A stretch of 64,000 bases of DNA from Phyllobates terribilis (GCF_046119375.1 NW_027362764.1:48174001-48238000), one strand, 5' to 3'. Numbered from the stretch's first letter, positions 1-12,151 are shown. Notes: a model not told the origin generated them from the letters alone. A program made the numbers and translations.

Positions 1-1230
1 CTGGCGTAGCACCCCATCACTCTCCTTCTTGGTCGAATAGCCCTTACACAGCCTGGAGGTGTGTTTGGGGTCATTGTCCTGTTGAAAAATAAATGATGGT
101 CCAACCAAACGCAAACCAGATGGAATAGCATGCTGCTGCAAGATGCTGTGGTAGCCATGCTGGTTCAGTATGCCTTCAATTTTGAATAAATCCCCAACAG
201 TGTCACCAGCAAGGCACCCCCAAAACATCACACCTCCTCCTCCATGCTTCACGGTGGGAACCAGGCATGTAGAGTCCATCCATTCACCTTTTCTGCGTCA
301 CACAAAGACACGGTGGTTGGAACCAAAGATCTCAAATTTGGACTCATCAGACCAAAGCACAGATTTCCACTGGTCTAATGTCCATTCCTTGTGTTCTCTA
401 GCCCAAACAAGTCTCTTCTGCTTGTTGCCTGTCCTTAGCAGTGGTTTCCTAGCAGCTATTTTACCATGAAGACCTGCTGCACAAAGTCTCCTCTTAATAG
501 TTGTTGTAGAGATGTGTCTGCTGCTAGAACTCTGTGTGGCATTGACCTGGTCTCTAATCTGAGCTGCTGTTAACCTACGATTTCTGAGGCTGGTGACTCG
601 GATAAACTTATGCTCAGAAGCAGCGGTGACTCTTTGTCTTCCTTTCCTGGGGCGGTCCTCATGTGAGCCAGTTTTTTTGTAGCGCTTGATGGTTTTTGCA
701 ACTGCACTTGGGGACACTTTCAAAGTTTTCCCAATTTTTCAGACTGACTGACCTTCATTTCTTAAAGTAATGATGGCCACTCGTTTTTCTTTACTTAGCT
801 GCTCTTTTCTTGCCATAATACAAATTCTAACAGTCTATTCAGTAGGACTATCAGCTGTGTATCCACCTGACTTTTGCACAACACAACTGATGGTCCCAAC
901 CCCATTTATAAGGCAAGAAATCCCACTTATTAAACCTGACAGGGCACACCTGTGAAGTGAAGACCATTTCCGGTGACTACCTCTTGAAGCTCATCAAGAG
1001 AATGCCAAGAGTGTGCAAAGCAGTCATCAAAGCAAAAGGTGGCTACTTTGAAGAACCTAGAATATAAGACATATTTTCAGTTGTTTCACACTTTTTTGCT
1101 AAGTATATGATTCCACATGTGTTAATTGATAGTTTTGATGCCTTCAGTGTGAATGTACAATTTTCATAGTTAGTAAAATAGAGAAAAATCTTTACATGAG
1201 AAGGTGTGTCCAAACTTTTGGTCTGTACTG
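1..1230 (-). mobile_element. Tc1/mariner DD38E (Intruder-type) transposon, copy 1, cut by window start; transposase has a premature stop
   Basis: Ends in ...TTTGGTCTGTACTG|TA at 1230. The minus-strand transposase starts at ATG 816 (MARK...), and CGA>TGA gives QSV*KIG. The sequence is near-identical to copies 2-5. Confidence 0.93.
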
Positions 1231-1261
<31 letters not shown>

Positions 1262-1268
1262 ATATATA
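1231..1268. repeat. (TA)n microsatellite at the Tc1 insertion site
   Basis: TATATA run directly after the TIR end. Confidence 0.95.
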
Positions 1269-2091
1269 CAGATAGTACTTCCTCCCTGTTTCTCTTTTGT
1301 AAATCATGTAGATATCAATATTACCGCCTCCCTGCTTTTCCTTGTAAATAATGTCAACACAGATTGTAAACCTTTCTGTATTCAGTGTAGTTATTAACAG
1401 TACTGTCTCCCTGCCTCTCCTTCTTAGTGATGTAGGCACAGATAGTGCTGCCTTTCCCTGTCAATAATGTAGCCACAGATTTTGCTGCCTGCGAGCCTCT
1501 TAGCAGTGTAGGTGGTGGGATTCCAACTGTTCAAACATCCAGAAACACTGACAGGTAGAGTAATAGAGGTCCCTGGTCCGGCTCAGTTACTCTACATAAG
1601 AGATGTATGAGCAATGGAAACTGGGGACCTCTAGTGCTTTTGATTTAGAGAATGTCTCTCCCAGGGCTTTCTAATTAACACAATATAAAAGCCAAAAATG
1701 ATCGGCGCTTATGTGAAATGTTTTTAGAACTTCTTCGTTCAACATCTCTATCTATCCCAAACTGTCCCGTAAACAGCATTTATCACTTATCTACGGTATA
1801 GATGATGAATGTATGAATGCTGGGAGTCTGAATGCTAAGAATCACCACTGGTCCTGGTCCCAAAGCCCCTTGTGTGAATAGAGCGGTAGTGAGCATGTGC
1901 AGCCAGTTAATGAAGCAGACATCGCACGTGCTCAGTAACATTTCATACAGGGAACTTTCAGGCAGCTGTTTTCTGGATTACTGGGGATCCCCGCGGTAAT
2001 ACCCCTAGGGATCATAAATGAATCTTGTGTATAAGAGACATATATTGTGTATAGGACAGCCCCTTTAAGCTCTTTCTCTTTTGTTTTGCAG

Positions 2092-2238
2092 TCCTCGGTA
2101 ATGTCAGTCTGCTTTGCTCGTTTTCATCCAAATCTGGTGATTGGTGGGACATATTCTGGACAGATAGTACTATGGGATAACCGCAGCCACAGGAGGACTC
2201 CAGTTCAGAGGACGCCGCTTTCTGCCGCAGCGCACACG
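2092..2238 (+). CDS. DYNC1I1: Cytoplasmic dynein 1 intermediate chain 1, internal exon (equivalent to human exon 11), 147 nt, phase 0-0
   Basis: Acceptor ttttgcAG|TCC and donor ACG|GTgagc. Encodes [49 protein letters not shown]; SVCFAR and SHRR match DYNC1I1 rather than DYNC1I2. Confidence 0.96.
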
Positions 2239-2681
2239 GTGAGCTCTTGATATCGGCCAAACACTCCATTTTGATATTTATCATATCCATATCACACCAT
2301 CACTGCATTATAAATCACCCTGATATATAAATTATCAATTATTCACTGGATAACGTTCATGTATGCTGAGACCTCCAGCAATTACAGCACTTAGTGCCAT
2401 TGACTGTGAATGCAGCCGCAGAGCTTGTGCGCGATTTAACCTTCACCTAACTCCTCCGTGGTCTTACAGCTTTTGCTCCACACTCCGGCTTTCTAGTAGA
2501 TAGGTGATAATGTGAATAGACCAGAATGCCCCTTTAAATACATATTTGGGAATATGTTTTTCTTATTCCTGATTTTAGTAGTCTGGCACATTGGATATTT
2601 CATTACCTCGCTGGTCTCAAGGACACAGGAGTATTAGATTTTTCTTATGTACTAGAATAATTATATTAGAATAGGTGATAA

Positions 2682-4002
2682 TGTCAAGGGCTCACTAGGT
2701 GAGGTGGATCCTCGAAGCCCATGGTCCAGGTGGCCAAACGGGCCACGGACATTGATGCAGCAGGCGGTTGAGGCATGTGTGAAATACAGAGAAGTAGCAA
2801 AGGTACTGGAAGCCACAGGTAGACCGCAGATGTCCTGGAGACCACAGACAGGTAGCAATGTTCCTAGAAATCAGGGAATAAGTAGCAGAGGTACTACAAG
2901 TTGCAGGCAGAAAGGAGACCTCTGGGAGACGACAGACAAGAAACAGAGGTCCTAGAAGTCACAAGCAGACAGGAAACATCCTGGAAACCGAAGGCGGACA
3001 CGAAGCAGCAGTTCTGGAAGACCAGGAACAAGTAGCAGAGATACTGGAATCTGCAGGCAGATCAAAGACGTCCAGGAAACCGCATGGAAGCAGCAGTCAG
3101 ATAGGAGATGTCCTGGAAACTGCGTGCGGACACGTAGCAAAGGTAGTGGAAGTTGCAGGCAGAACTGAGACATCCAGGAGACCGCAGACAGGTAGCAAAG
3201 ATCCTGGAAGTTGCAGGCAGACAGGAGACGTCCTGGAAATCGCTGGACGTCCTGGAAACATATATTGGAGGTCCTGGAAAACCGGGAACAAGTAGCAGAG
3301 GTACTAGAAGCTGCAGGAAGACTGAAGATGCCCAGGAGACCGCAGATGGATAGCAGAGGTCCTCGAAGCTGCAGGCAGACAGGAGATGTCCTGGAAACAG
3401 AAGGTGGACACGTAGCAGAGGTCCTGGAAGACCGAGAACAAGTAGCAGAGGTACTGGAAGTCACAGGCAAAGAGAAGATGCCCTGTAGACCCAGACACGT
3501 AACTGAGGCACTGGAAGACGCAGGAAGACAGGAGATGTTCTGTAGACCGCAGACAGGGAACTGTGCACAGACAAACTAAAAGTCTTAACTCCAAGACACA
3601 GGCTGTATCTTGGTAGGCCTTACAAAGGAAAAACAAACAGTTCATCAACTCACCAGTGTAGAAGATATATTGAAGCAGGATGTGGTGCACAGAGGCATCA
3701 GGCTGGCTCCTGAGCTAAAACCATGGAAGATATAATGGAAAAATCCAGCAACCGCAAACATTTTTTTTATATATAAAACATTACATTTATTTGGATATGG
3801 CTTATATATAGAATTTTTTTGTTTGCTGTTGCTGGATTTTACCGCTATATCTTAGACATTATCTAATATCTAAGACATTACATAGGCCTAGGAATCTCAA
3901 CACATGGGAGCACCCCGAGCTACTTGCAAAGCCCAACATGGAGCACAAGAAAGTTTTGAGGTATTGGAGCGTAGGAAGCAGACCCGGGACAGGTGTGTAA
4001 CA
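2682..4002 (-). mobile_element. Solo LTR (1321 bp) with an internal degenerate tandem array
   Basis: TGTCA...TAACA termini with 5-bp TSD GATAA (2677-2681 and 4003-4007). The motif GAGGTGGATCCTC near the left end resembles the U5 end of the Gypsy LTR at 24139, which gives the orientation. GTAGCAGAGGTACTGGAAG-type repeats span ~2780-3560. Confidence 0.8.
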
Positions 4003-4440
4003 GATAACTTGCTAATCACTGGGGGTCCCACCACTGAGACCCTCCATCGATCCCGAAACTGGGGCTCTGAAGTTCCCAATTTTAACATAGCAATGGCCAC
4101 GCATGCGCACCATCTCTATTTATTAAAGGAGACACTTCAGAGCTTCATTCTTTGGATCTGTGGTGTTCCCAATGGGGCTGCTTTTGTCATGATTTTTTAG
4201 CCAGTTTTTGTCTTTCAGCATTTCTGAGAAATGTCAGTATACACCAATAACTCCCTATAATTAACAATTTTCTGTATATTCCATTATTAGCAAATGATTC
4301 CAATATCAAGATAAATAGAATTTTCTTAAAACGTTCAATATCTATTTCTATGCAATGCAACATGTCATCCTTCATTCACTCACTATTCGGACCCCTGTGA
4401 GTGATAATGGCTATCATAGGGTTGTGTCTGTCTTTTCCAG

Positions 4441-4554
4441 CATCCTATCTACTGTGTGAATGTGGTGGGGACGCAGAACGCGCACAACCTTATTACTGTT
4501 TCCACTGACGGTAAATTGTGCTCCTGGAGTTTGGATATGCTCTCAGCTCCACAG
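4441..4554 (+). CDS. DYNC1I1: DYNC1I1 internal exon (equivalent to human exon 12), 114 nt, phase 0-0; absent from the ORF track
   Basis: Acceptor cttttccAG|CAT and donor CAG|GTgggt. Encodes [38 protein letters not shown], continuing the previous exon in frame. Confidence 0.96.
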
Positions 4555-4679
4555 GTGGGTGTTTATTTTGCTCCATGAGAGCCACTCTGCCTAATGCATT
4601 AGTGGATACAGACTGCGAGTGCCTGAAACAAATGGATTTCAGTAGAAAAGTTAAACTTTCTGCTAACAGGAAAAACTTA

Positions 4680-6309
4680 CAGTACAGACCAAAAGTTTGG
4701 ACACACCTTCTCATTTAAAGATTTTTCTGTATTTTTTTGACTATGAAAATTGTAAATTCACACTGAAGGCATCAAAACTATGAATTAACACATGTGGAAT
4801 TATATACTTAACAAAAAAGTGTGAAACAACTGAAAATATGTCTTATATTCTAGGTTCTTCAAAGTAGCCACCTTTTGCTTTGATGACTGCTTTGCACACT
4901 CTTGGCATTCTCTTGATGAGCTTCAAGAGGTAGTCCCCGGAAATGGTCTTCACTTCACACGTGTGCCCTGTCAGGTTTAATAAGTGGGATTTCTTGCCTT
5001 ATAAATGGGGTTGGGACCATCAGTTGTGTTGTGCAGAAGTCTGGTGGATACACAGCTGATAGTCCTACTGAATAGACTGTTAGAATTTGTATTATGGCAA
5101 GAAAAAAGCAGCTAAGTAAAGAAAAACGAGTGGCCATCATTACTTTAAGAAATGAAGGTCAGTCAGTGCGAAAAATTGGGAAAACTTTGAAAGTGTCCCC
5201 AAGTGCAATTGCAAAAACCATCAAGCGCTACAAAGAAACTGGCTCACATGAAGACCGCCCCAGGAAAGGAAGACCAAGAGTCACCTCTGCTTCTGAGGAT
5301 AAGTTTATCCGAGTCACCAGCCTCAGAAATCACAGGTTAACAGCCACTCAGATTAGAGACCAGGTCAATGCCACACAGAGTTCTAGCAGCAGACACATCT
5401 CTACAACAACTGTTAAGAGGAGACTTTGTGCAGCAGGCCTTCATGGTAAAATAGCTGCTAGGAAACCACTGCTAAGGACAGGCAACAAGCAGAAGAGACT
5501 TGTTTGGGCTAAAGAACACAAGGAATGGACATTAGACCAGTGGAAATCTGTGCTTTGGTCTGATGAGTCCAAATTTGAGATCTTTGGTTCCAACCACCGT
5601 GTCTTTGCGCGACGCAGAAAAGGTGAACGGATGGACTCTACATGCCTGGTTCCCACCGTGAAGCATGGAGGAGGAGGTGTGATGGTGTGGGGGTGCTTTT
5701 CTGGTGACACTGTTGGGGATTTATTCAAAATTGAAGGCATACTGAACCAGCATGGCTACCACAGCTTCTTGCAGTGACATGCTATTCCATCCAGTTTGCG
5801 TTTAGTTGGACCATCATTTATTTTTCAACAGGACCATGACCCCAAACACACCTCCAAGCTGTGTAAGGGCTATTTGACCAAGAAGGAGAGTGATGGGGTG
5901 CTACGCCAGATGACCTGGCCTCCACAGTCACCAGACCTGAACCCAAACGAGATGGTTTGGGGTGAGCTGGACCGCAGAGTGAAGGCAAAAGGGCCAACAA
6001 GTGCTAAGCATCTCTAGGAACTCCTTCAAGATTGTTGGAAGACCATTTCCGGTGACTACCTCTTGAAGCTCATCAGGAGAATGCCAAGAGTGTGCAAAGC
6101 AGTCATCAAAGCAAAAGGTGGCTACTTTGAAGAACCTAGAATATAAGACATATTTTCAGTTGTTTCACACTTTTTTGTTAAGTATATAATATCACATGTG
6201 TTAATTCATAGTTTTGATGCCTTCAGTGTGAATGTACAATTTTCATAGTCATGGAAATAAAGAAAAATCTTTAAATGAGAAGGTGTGTCCAAACTTTTGG
6301 TCTGTACTG
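4680..6309 (+). mobile_element. DD38E Tc1 transposon, copy 2, full length (1630 bp)
   Basis: TA|CAGTACAGACC...GGTCTGTACTG|TA. TIRs are 4680-4951 and 6038-6309 (272 bp). Confidence 0.96.
5094..6146 (+). pseudogene. DD38E transposase with two in-frame stops
   Basis: MARKKQL...EEPRI* spans 1053 nt, with TGA at 5775-5777 and TAG at 6015-6017. Motifs GRPR, WSDE, QQD and DLNP are present. Confidence 0.93.
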
Positions 6310-6439
6310 TATGTTTGCAAATGGTTCACCAAAACAGTATTTACAGAAGCTGAAAAATCAATAATTTCAGAAGCTAGGACCTGTAGGATCATCTCAAATA
6401 ATGGTGAATATACAGTTGAGAAAAGGTCATAAATCCTTC

Positions 6440-7870
6440 TATCTTGTCTACTAATTACTTTCTGGAGACTTTTCCAGCTCTTCAGGAGTTACTTTACTTT
6501 TTTGATACTTTCTAGAAATTCTGAGAACTTCTTCAGCTCTTTAAGAGTTACTTTATATTTTTTTACACTTTCTTGAAACTAAACATTTCTTCAGGAATTA
6601 CTTTATATCATTGCTACATCCTAGAAATCTTGAATACTTCTTGAGCTCTTTGAGTTTTTTTATTATCTTTTTGATATTTTCTTTTATACTTTCTAGAAAT
6701 TATGAAGGCTTCTCCAGCTTCTCAACAGTTTCATGCTTTTTTGATGCTTTCTAGAAATGTTGAACACAATTTCATATGTTCTCATTTTTTTTCTTGGTAC
6801 TTCCTAGTTATTTTGAAGACTTGTACAGTTCTAGTTCACCTCATATAGTGGTGAGTGACTGAAATGTTAAGAATCCTTCTATTTTGTCACAGTTTACTTT
6901 CTAGAAATTCTGAACACTTCCAGTTCTAGAAAAGTTACTTTATTTTCTTGATATCTAGTAATCTTAAATATTTCTCCAGCTCCTCAAGAGTTACTTTTAA
7001 TTCTTAAATCATTCTATAAATTCTGAAGTCTTTTTCAGTTCTTCAAAAGTTACATTATTTTCTTGATACTCTGTAGAAATCCTGAAGACCTCTCTAACTT
7101 TTCAATAGTTAATTTATACGATTGATATTGTCTGCAAATCCTCCAGCTCTTCAGAGTTTTTTTTTTACCTTATTTGATATGTTCTTCATACTTTGTAGAA
7201 ATACTGAAGATTTTTCCAACTCCTGAAGCGATGGTTCATCTTTTCTCATACTTTCTTGACATTTTCTAGAAAGGTTGAAGCCATTTCCAGCTTTTCAAAA
7301 GTTTTTTTTTTTTATCTTATTCATTCTTTCTTGATACTTAATAGAAATTTTGAAGATTTTCTTCAGTTCTTCAAGTGTTGTCTTTCCTTCTTGATTCATT
7401 CTTAAAACCATAAAGACTTTTCCAGCTCTTCAAAAGTTTTTGTTTTGTCTGGGAACTTTTTGAAAATTCTGAAGACTTGTCCTATCTCATCAAGAGTTAT
7501 TTTATTTTTTTATATACTTTTTAGCAATCCTGAAGACTTTTCCAGTTCTTCTAGAGTTATTATTTCTCCTTGATACTTTGTAGAATGCTTCTTCTGCTCT
7601 TTGGGATTATCTTCTTGATGATACTTTCTAGAAATTCCATTAACAGCTCAAGTTCTAATAAATGAGAAGTTTTTTTTTTTAATCTTCGTGATACTTTCTA
7701 GACATTCTGAAGAGTTATCCTGTTTCTTAAGAGTTTTTTTTTATTGTCTTTTATACTTTTTAGACATGTTGAAGACTACTCCAGTTCTTCAAGAGTTGTT
7801 TTAATCTCCTTCATACTTTCTAGAAATTCTCAAGATTTATCTTGCTCTTCTAGAGTTTCTTTCATTCGGA
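6440..7870. repeat. Degenerate AT-rich tandem repeat, unit ~60 bp
   Basis: Recurrent TTCTAGAAATTCTGAAGACTTTTCCAGTTCTTCAAGAGTT...TTGATACT units; boundaries approximate. Confidence 0.8.
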
Positions 7871-8166
7871 GCATGTAAGAGTTGTTGGTTTGCCAAAAAA
7901 GTGTACGGTTTATGGAAAAGGTAGGGAAATGGTACCCATGGGCCATTTATGCCCTTCATAGGAGCTGCCTACAGATCTTACTGGTGGTCCTCTTTCTTTT
8001 GCGGCTAGCCTACTTATTATCAGCTTTCTGGACTCTTGTGAGTGTGGCTTGATGGACATCTGGAAAGTTTCTGGAAAGTTTTCTGGTTTTGGGTACAATT
8101 ATTGTAATTTTTTTTTTTTTTTTAGAATTGCAAATTTGTTTTTTAATCTCGTTGATTTTGTTTCAG

Positions 8167-8300
8167 GAAAGTATGGAACTGGTCTACAATAAGTCCAAGG
8201 CAGTAGCAGTTACCGGGATGGCGTTCCCTACAGGAGACGTTAACAATTTTGTGGTGGGAAGTGAGGAGGGGACAGTTTACGCTGCGTGCCGTCATGGAAG
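8167..8300 (+). CDS. DYNC1I1: DYNC1I1 internal exon (equivalent to human exon 13), 134 nt, phase 0-2
   Basis: Acceptor gtttcAG|GAA and donor GGAAG|GTagag. Encodes [44 protein letters not shown](S). Confidence 0.96.
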
Positions 8301-8909
8301 GTAGAGTCACACTTTGCCTCTTCTTATCAGTGCATTATATATTACTTACACTAAATCAAACCTGTGTCACTAGATGAATAAATAAATCATATCCTTTAAC
8401 AGCGATACAGGACTTTACCCAACAGAAAAGGATGTGTCAGGAAATACAGAGCCTTTTCTGTGTGTATAGCATGTTGCTACTCACCTGCCTTATATAGCTG
8501 TTAATACCTTGCCCAAACTCTCATAATAATGAGATGACTCGGCTAACTCTGTCTGATTCTATACAGCAAAGCTAAAATTGAACTAAGAAAATGGGAAGTG
8601 TCTGTGTATTGGTTCGTTCTAATGGAGCAGTTGAGAACTGAAATATTTTACCCTAATTTATTAATAAAAAACACCAAAAAATGCATAGGAAAAAATAAAA
8701 GAAAATGTTTTTGCAGTAAAAAACTGCACTAGGAAGTCAATAGGCAAATATGAAGCACACTACAACAGTTTGTCCCTTTAGTGCATTATCTGCTCTCTGC
8801 TTCACTGCTCTTATAGTAAAGAACCCTCCTTTATGCTTCACTGCTCTTACAGTAGAGAACCCTCATATACATACATATAAATAAATAAATAAATAAATAT
8901 ATATATATA

Positions 8910-11432
8910 CAGTACAGACCAAAAGTTTGGACACACCTTCTCATTTAAAGATTTTTCGGTAGTTTCTTGAGTATGAAAATTGTACATTCACACTGAAGGC
9001 ATCAAAACTATGAATTAACACATGTGGAATTATATACTTAACAAAAAAGTGTGAAACAACTGAAAATATGTCTTATATTCTAGGTTCTTCAAAGTAGCCA
9101 CCTTTTGCTTTGATGACTGCTTTGCACACTCTTGGCATTCTCTTGATGAGCTTCAAGAGGTAGTCACCGGAAATGGTTTTCACTTCACATGTGTGCCCTG
9201 TCAGGTTTAATAAGTGGGATTTCTTGCCTTATAAATGGGGTTGGGACCATCAGTTGTGTTGTGCAGAAGTCTGGTGGATACACAGCTGATAGTCCTACTG
9301 AATAGACTGTTAGAATTTGTATTATGGCAAGAAAAAAGCAGCTAAGTAAAGAAAAACGAGTGGCCATCATTACTTTAAGAAATGAAGATCAGTCAGTGCG
9401 AAAAATTGGGAAAACTTTGAAAGTGTCCCCAAGTGCAGTTGCAAAAACCATCAAGCGCTACAAAGAGACTGGCTCACATGTGGACCGCCCCAGGAAAGGA
9501 AGACCAAGAGTCACCTCTTGTAGCATCGGCGTCTCTGCCCCCTGCCAGGCAGAGACGCCGTCCCACTCACCTCCTCGCTCCCCGCGCTCCCCGCTCTGTG
9601 TTCTCCAGCGCTCCTCTTCCTGCTGCCGGCGCGCGCAGCTCCCCGGGCACTGTGCTTAGGGCGCGCGCGCTCCCTCCCTCTTAAAGGGGCCGCGCGCGCC
9701 GTCCTAAGGAGTCCCCGGCCAATAGCTGAGGGTCCTCCCATATATAAGGCACCTCCTCCAAAATGGAGGTGCCCGAGCAATAGTTGTTGCACAGTGTTAC
9801 TTACCTCTGCTTCAGCCCTCAAGTCCCGCTGCTAGCCTGACTACTAGTCCTGCCAGCCTTTTACCTGCCTGTTACCTGCCTGGTACCTGCCCGGTTCCTG
9901 CCATGTCTGCCAGCCCACTTACCTGGAAGCACCTGCCTGTTACCTGTCTGTTACCTGCCGTGCCTACCTGGAGACCCCTGCCGTCACTTGCCGTGACCAC
10001 CTGTCAGCCTACCCGGAGGCTCCTGCCCGTCTCTTGCCGTGACCACCTGACAGCCTACCTAGAGGCTCCTGCCGTCACTTGCTGTGACCACCTGTCAGCC
10101 TACCTAGAGGCTCTCGCCTGTCGCCTGCCGTGTCTGCCAGTTCATCCACCAGGACCACTCGTCAGCCTGCCTGCTGTGCCCATCCGCTATACCGGTCAGT
10201 CCCAGCCATCTGACCCGTGGGAGTCACCTGCTCTCTTACAAGGTCGTCCCCAGAGTAGCACCTGGTCCCTCGGCTCGGTCCCTCCCAGGTCACCGAGCCG
10301 TTAGCCGCCGTACGACCAGGGTCGGTCCGGGTTGATACTTAGTTACGCCCCTCTGAGTCCCTCCTTGCACCGCAGCACAGAGGTTCCACCTCCCGGGTCC
10401 GTAACACCTCTGCTTCTGAGGATAAGTTTATCCGAGTCACCAGCCTCAGAAATCGCAGGTTAACAGCAGCTCAGATTAGAGACCAGGTCAATGCCACACA
10501 GAGTTCTAACAGCAGACACGTCTCTTCAACAACTGTTAAGAGGAGACTTTGTGCAGCAGGCCTTCATGGTAAAATAGCTGCTAGGAAACCACTGCTAAGG
10601 TCAGGCAACAAGCAGAAGAGACTTGTTTGGGCTAAAGAACACAAGGAATGGACATTAGACCAGTGGAAATCTGTGCTTTGGTCTGATCAGTCCAAATTTG
10701 AGATCTTTGGTTCCAACCACCGTGTCTTTGTGCGACGCAGAAAAGGTGAACGGATGGAGTCTACATGCCTGGTTCCCACCGTGAAGCATGGAGGAGGAGG
10801 TGTGATGGTGTGGAGGTGCTTTGCTGGTGACACTGTTGGGGATTTATTCAAAATTGAAGGCATACTGAACCAGCATGGCTACCACAGCATCTTGCAGAGG
10901 CATGCTATTCCATCCGGTTTGCGTTTAGTTGGACCATCATTTATTTTTAAACAGGACAATGACCCCAAACACACCTCCAGGCTGTGTAAGGGCTATTTGA
11001 CCAAGAAGGAGAGTGATGGGGTGCTACACCAGATGACCTGGCCTCCACAGGCACCAGACCTGAACCCAATCGAGATGGTTTGGGGTGAGCTGGACCGCAG
11101 AGTGAAGGCAAAAGGGCCAACAAGTGCTAAGCATCTCTGGGAACTCCTTCAAGATTGTTGGAAGACCATTTCCGGTGACTACCTCTTGAAGCTCATCAAG
11201 AGAATGCCAAGAGTATGCAAAGCAGTCATCAAAGCAAAAGGTGGCTACTTTGAAGAACCTAGAATATAAGACATATTTTCAGTTATTTCACACTTTTTTG
11301 TTAAGTATATAATTCCACATGTGTTAATTCATAGTTTTGATGCCTTCAGTGTGAATGTACAATTTTCATAGTCATGAAAATACAGAAAAATCTTTAAATG
11401 AGAAGGTGTGTCCAAACTTTTGGTCTGTACTG
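8910..11432 (+). mobile_element. DD38E Tc1 transposon, copy 3, interrupted by a solo LTR
   Basis: TA-flanked TIR ends at 8910 and 11432. The transposase reads 9324-9518 and resumes after 10406 with no stop until 11269. Confidence 0.95.
9519..10406 (+). mobile_element. Solo LTR (888 bp) of a subfamily related to the Gypsy at 18698-25464
   Basis: TGTAG...TAACA termini with 5-bp TSD CCTCT (9514-9518 and 10407-10411). TATATAA at 9741 and GCCCGAGCAA at 9771, as in the Gypsy-1 LTRs. Confidence 0.93.
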
Positions 11433-12151
11433 TATATATATATTGCTGCTCTTACAGTAGAGAACCCTTCTCTATGCTTTATTGATTTAACAGTTAAGTT
11501 CTCCTTTATGCTTTACTGCTTTTACAGTAGAAAACCCTCCTTTACATTTTTGTGCTCTTACAGTAGAGATCCCTCCTCTGTGCTTTATCCTTTCCGCTAT
11601 GCTTTGGGAAAAAAATATGCAAATTAGCTCCAAACTCAAAAAAAAAGAAAGTTGTATCTCTGGTGCCACTTATTGGAGTTAGTTGTTTCTTAAGAATATT
11701 TCTTTGGTTTAAATCCTTAGTCATGTTACCAAACTCTTGTGGCACTAGAGAGACAATTTTCTTCCTTTGGGAAACTTAATTTTAATTTGCATGCTTACAA
11801 GCCAAAAGAAAAACAGTGAGCGGAGCAGGAACAGCAGATCTTTATAGTAAATTTTATCTGAGCTGCAGTACCAGTAACGGCCACTATGCAGTGTATGGTG
11901 CTACATCCAGCTATCACAGGAGCTGAAAATCTGATTGATAATGGGCACCAGGTGCCGTAGCCCCACTGATCTGATATTGATGACGTCTTGATAGGTCATC
12001 ATTTTCTGAAGCCTGGAAAATCCCTTTAAGACCATATTTCACATTCTACAAAAATCCTTTTAAATTATTCAACTATTTTTTTTTTTTGCATCCACTTAAT
12101 AGATGGCAGATGTTGCGCCGTTAGTAATTGAACTTTGCAATGTGTGTGCAG

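Noticed and set aside
170-955. Recurrent ORFs MPSILNK..., MMATRFS..., MLALLPS..., MYNFHSH...
   Set aside because: They are antisense or alternative frames of the repeated Tc1 sequence and recur only because the element recurs.
2047-2091. N-terminal or C-terminal extensions of the exon-containing ORFs in the track (2047, 8089, 12135)
   Set aside because: These are intronic read-through beyond clear AG/GT splice sites.
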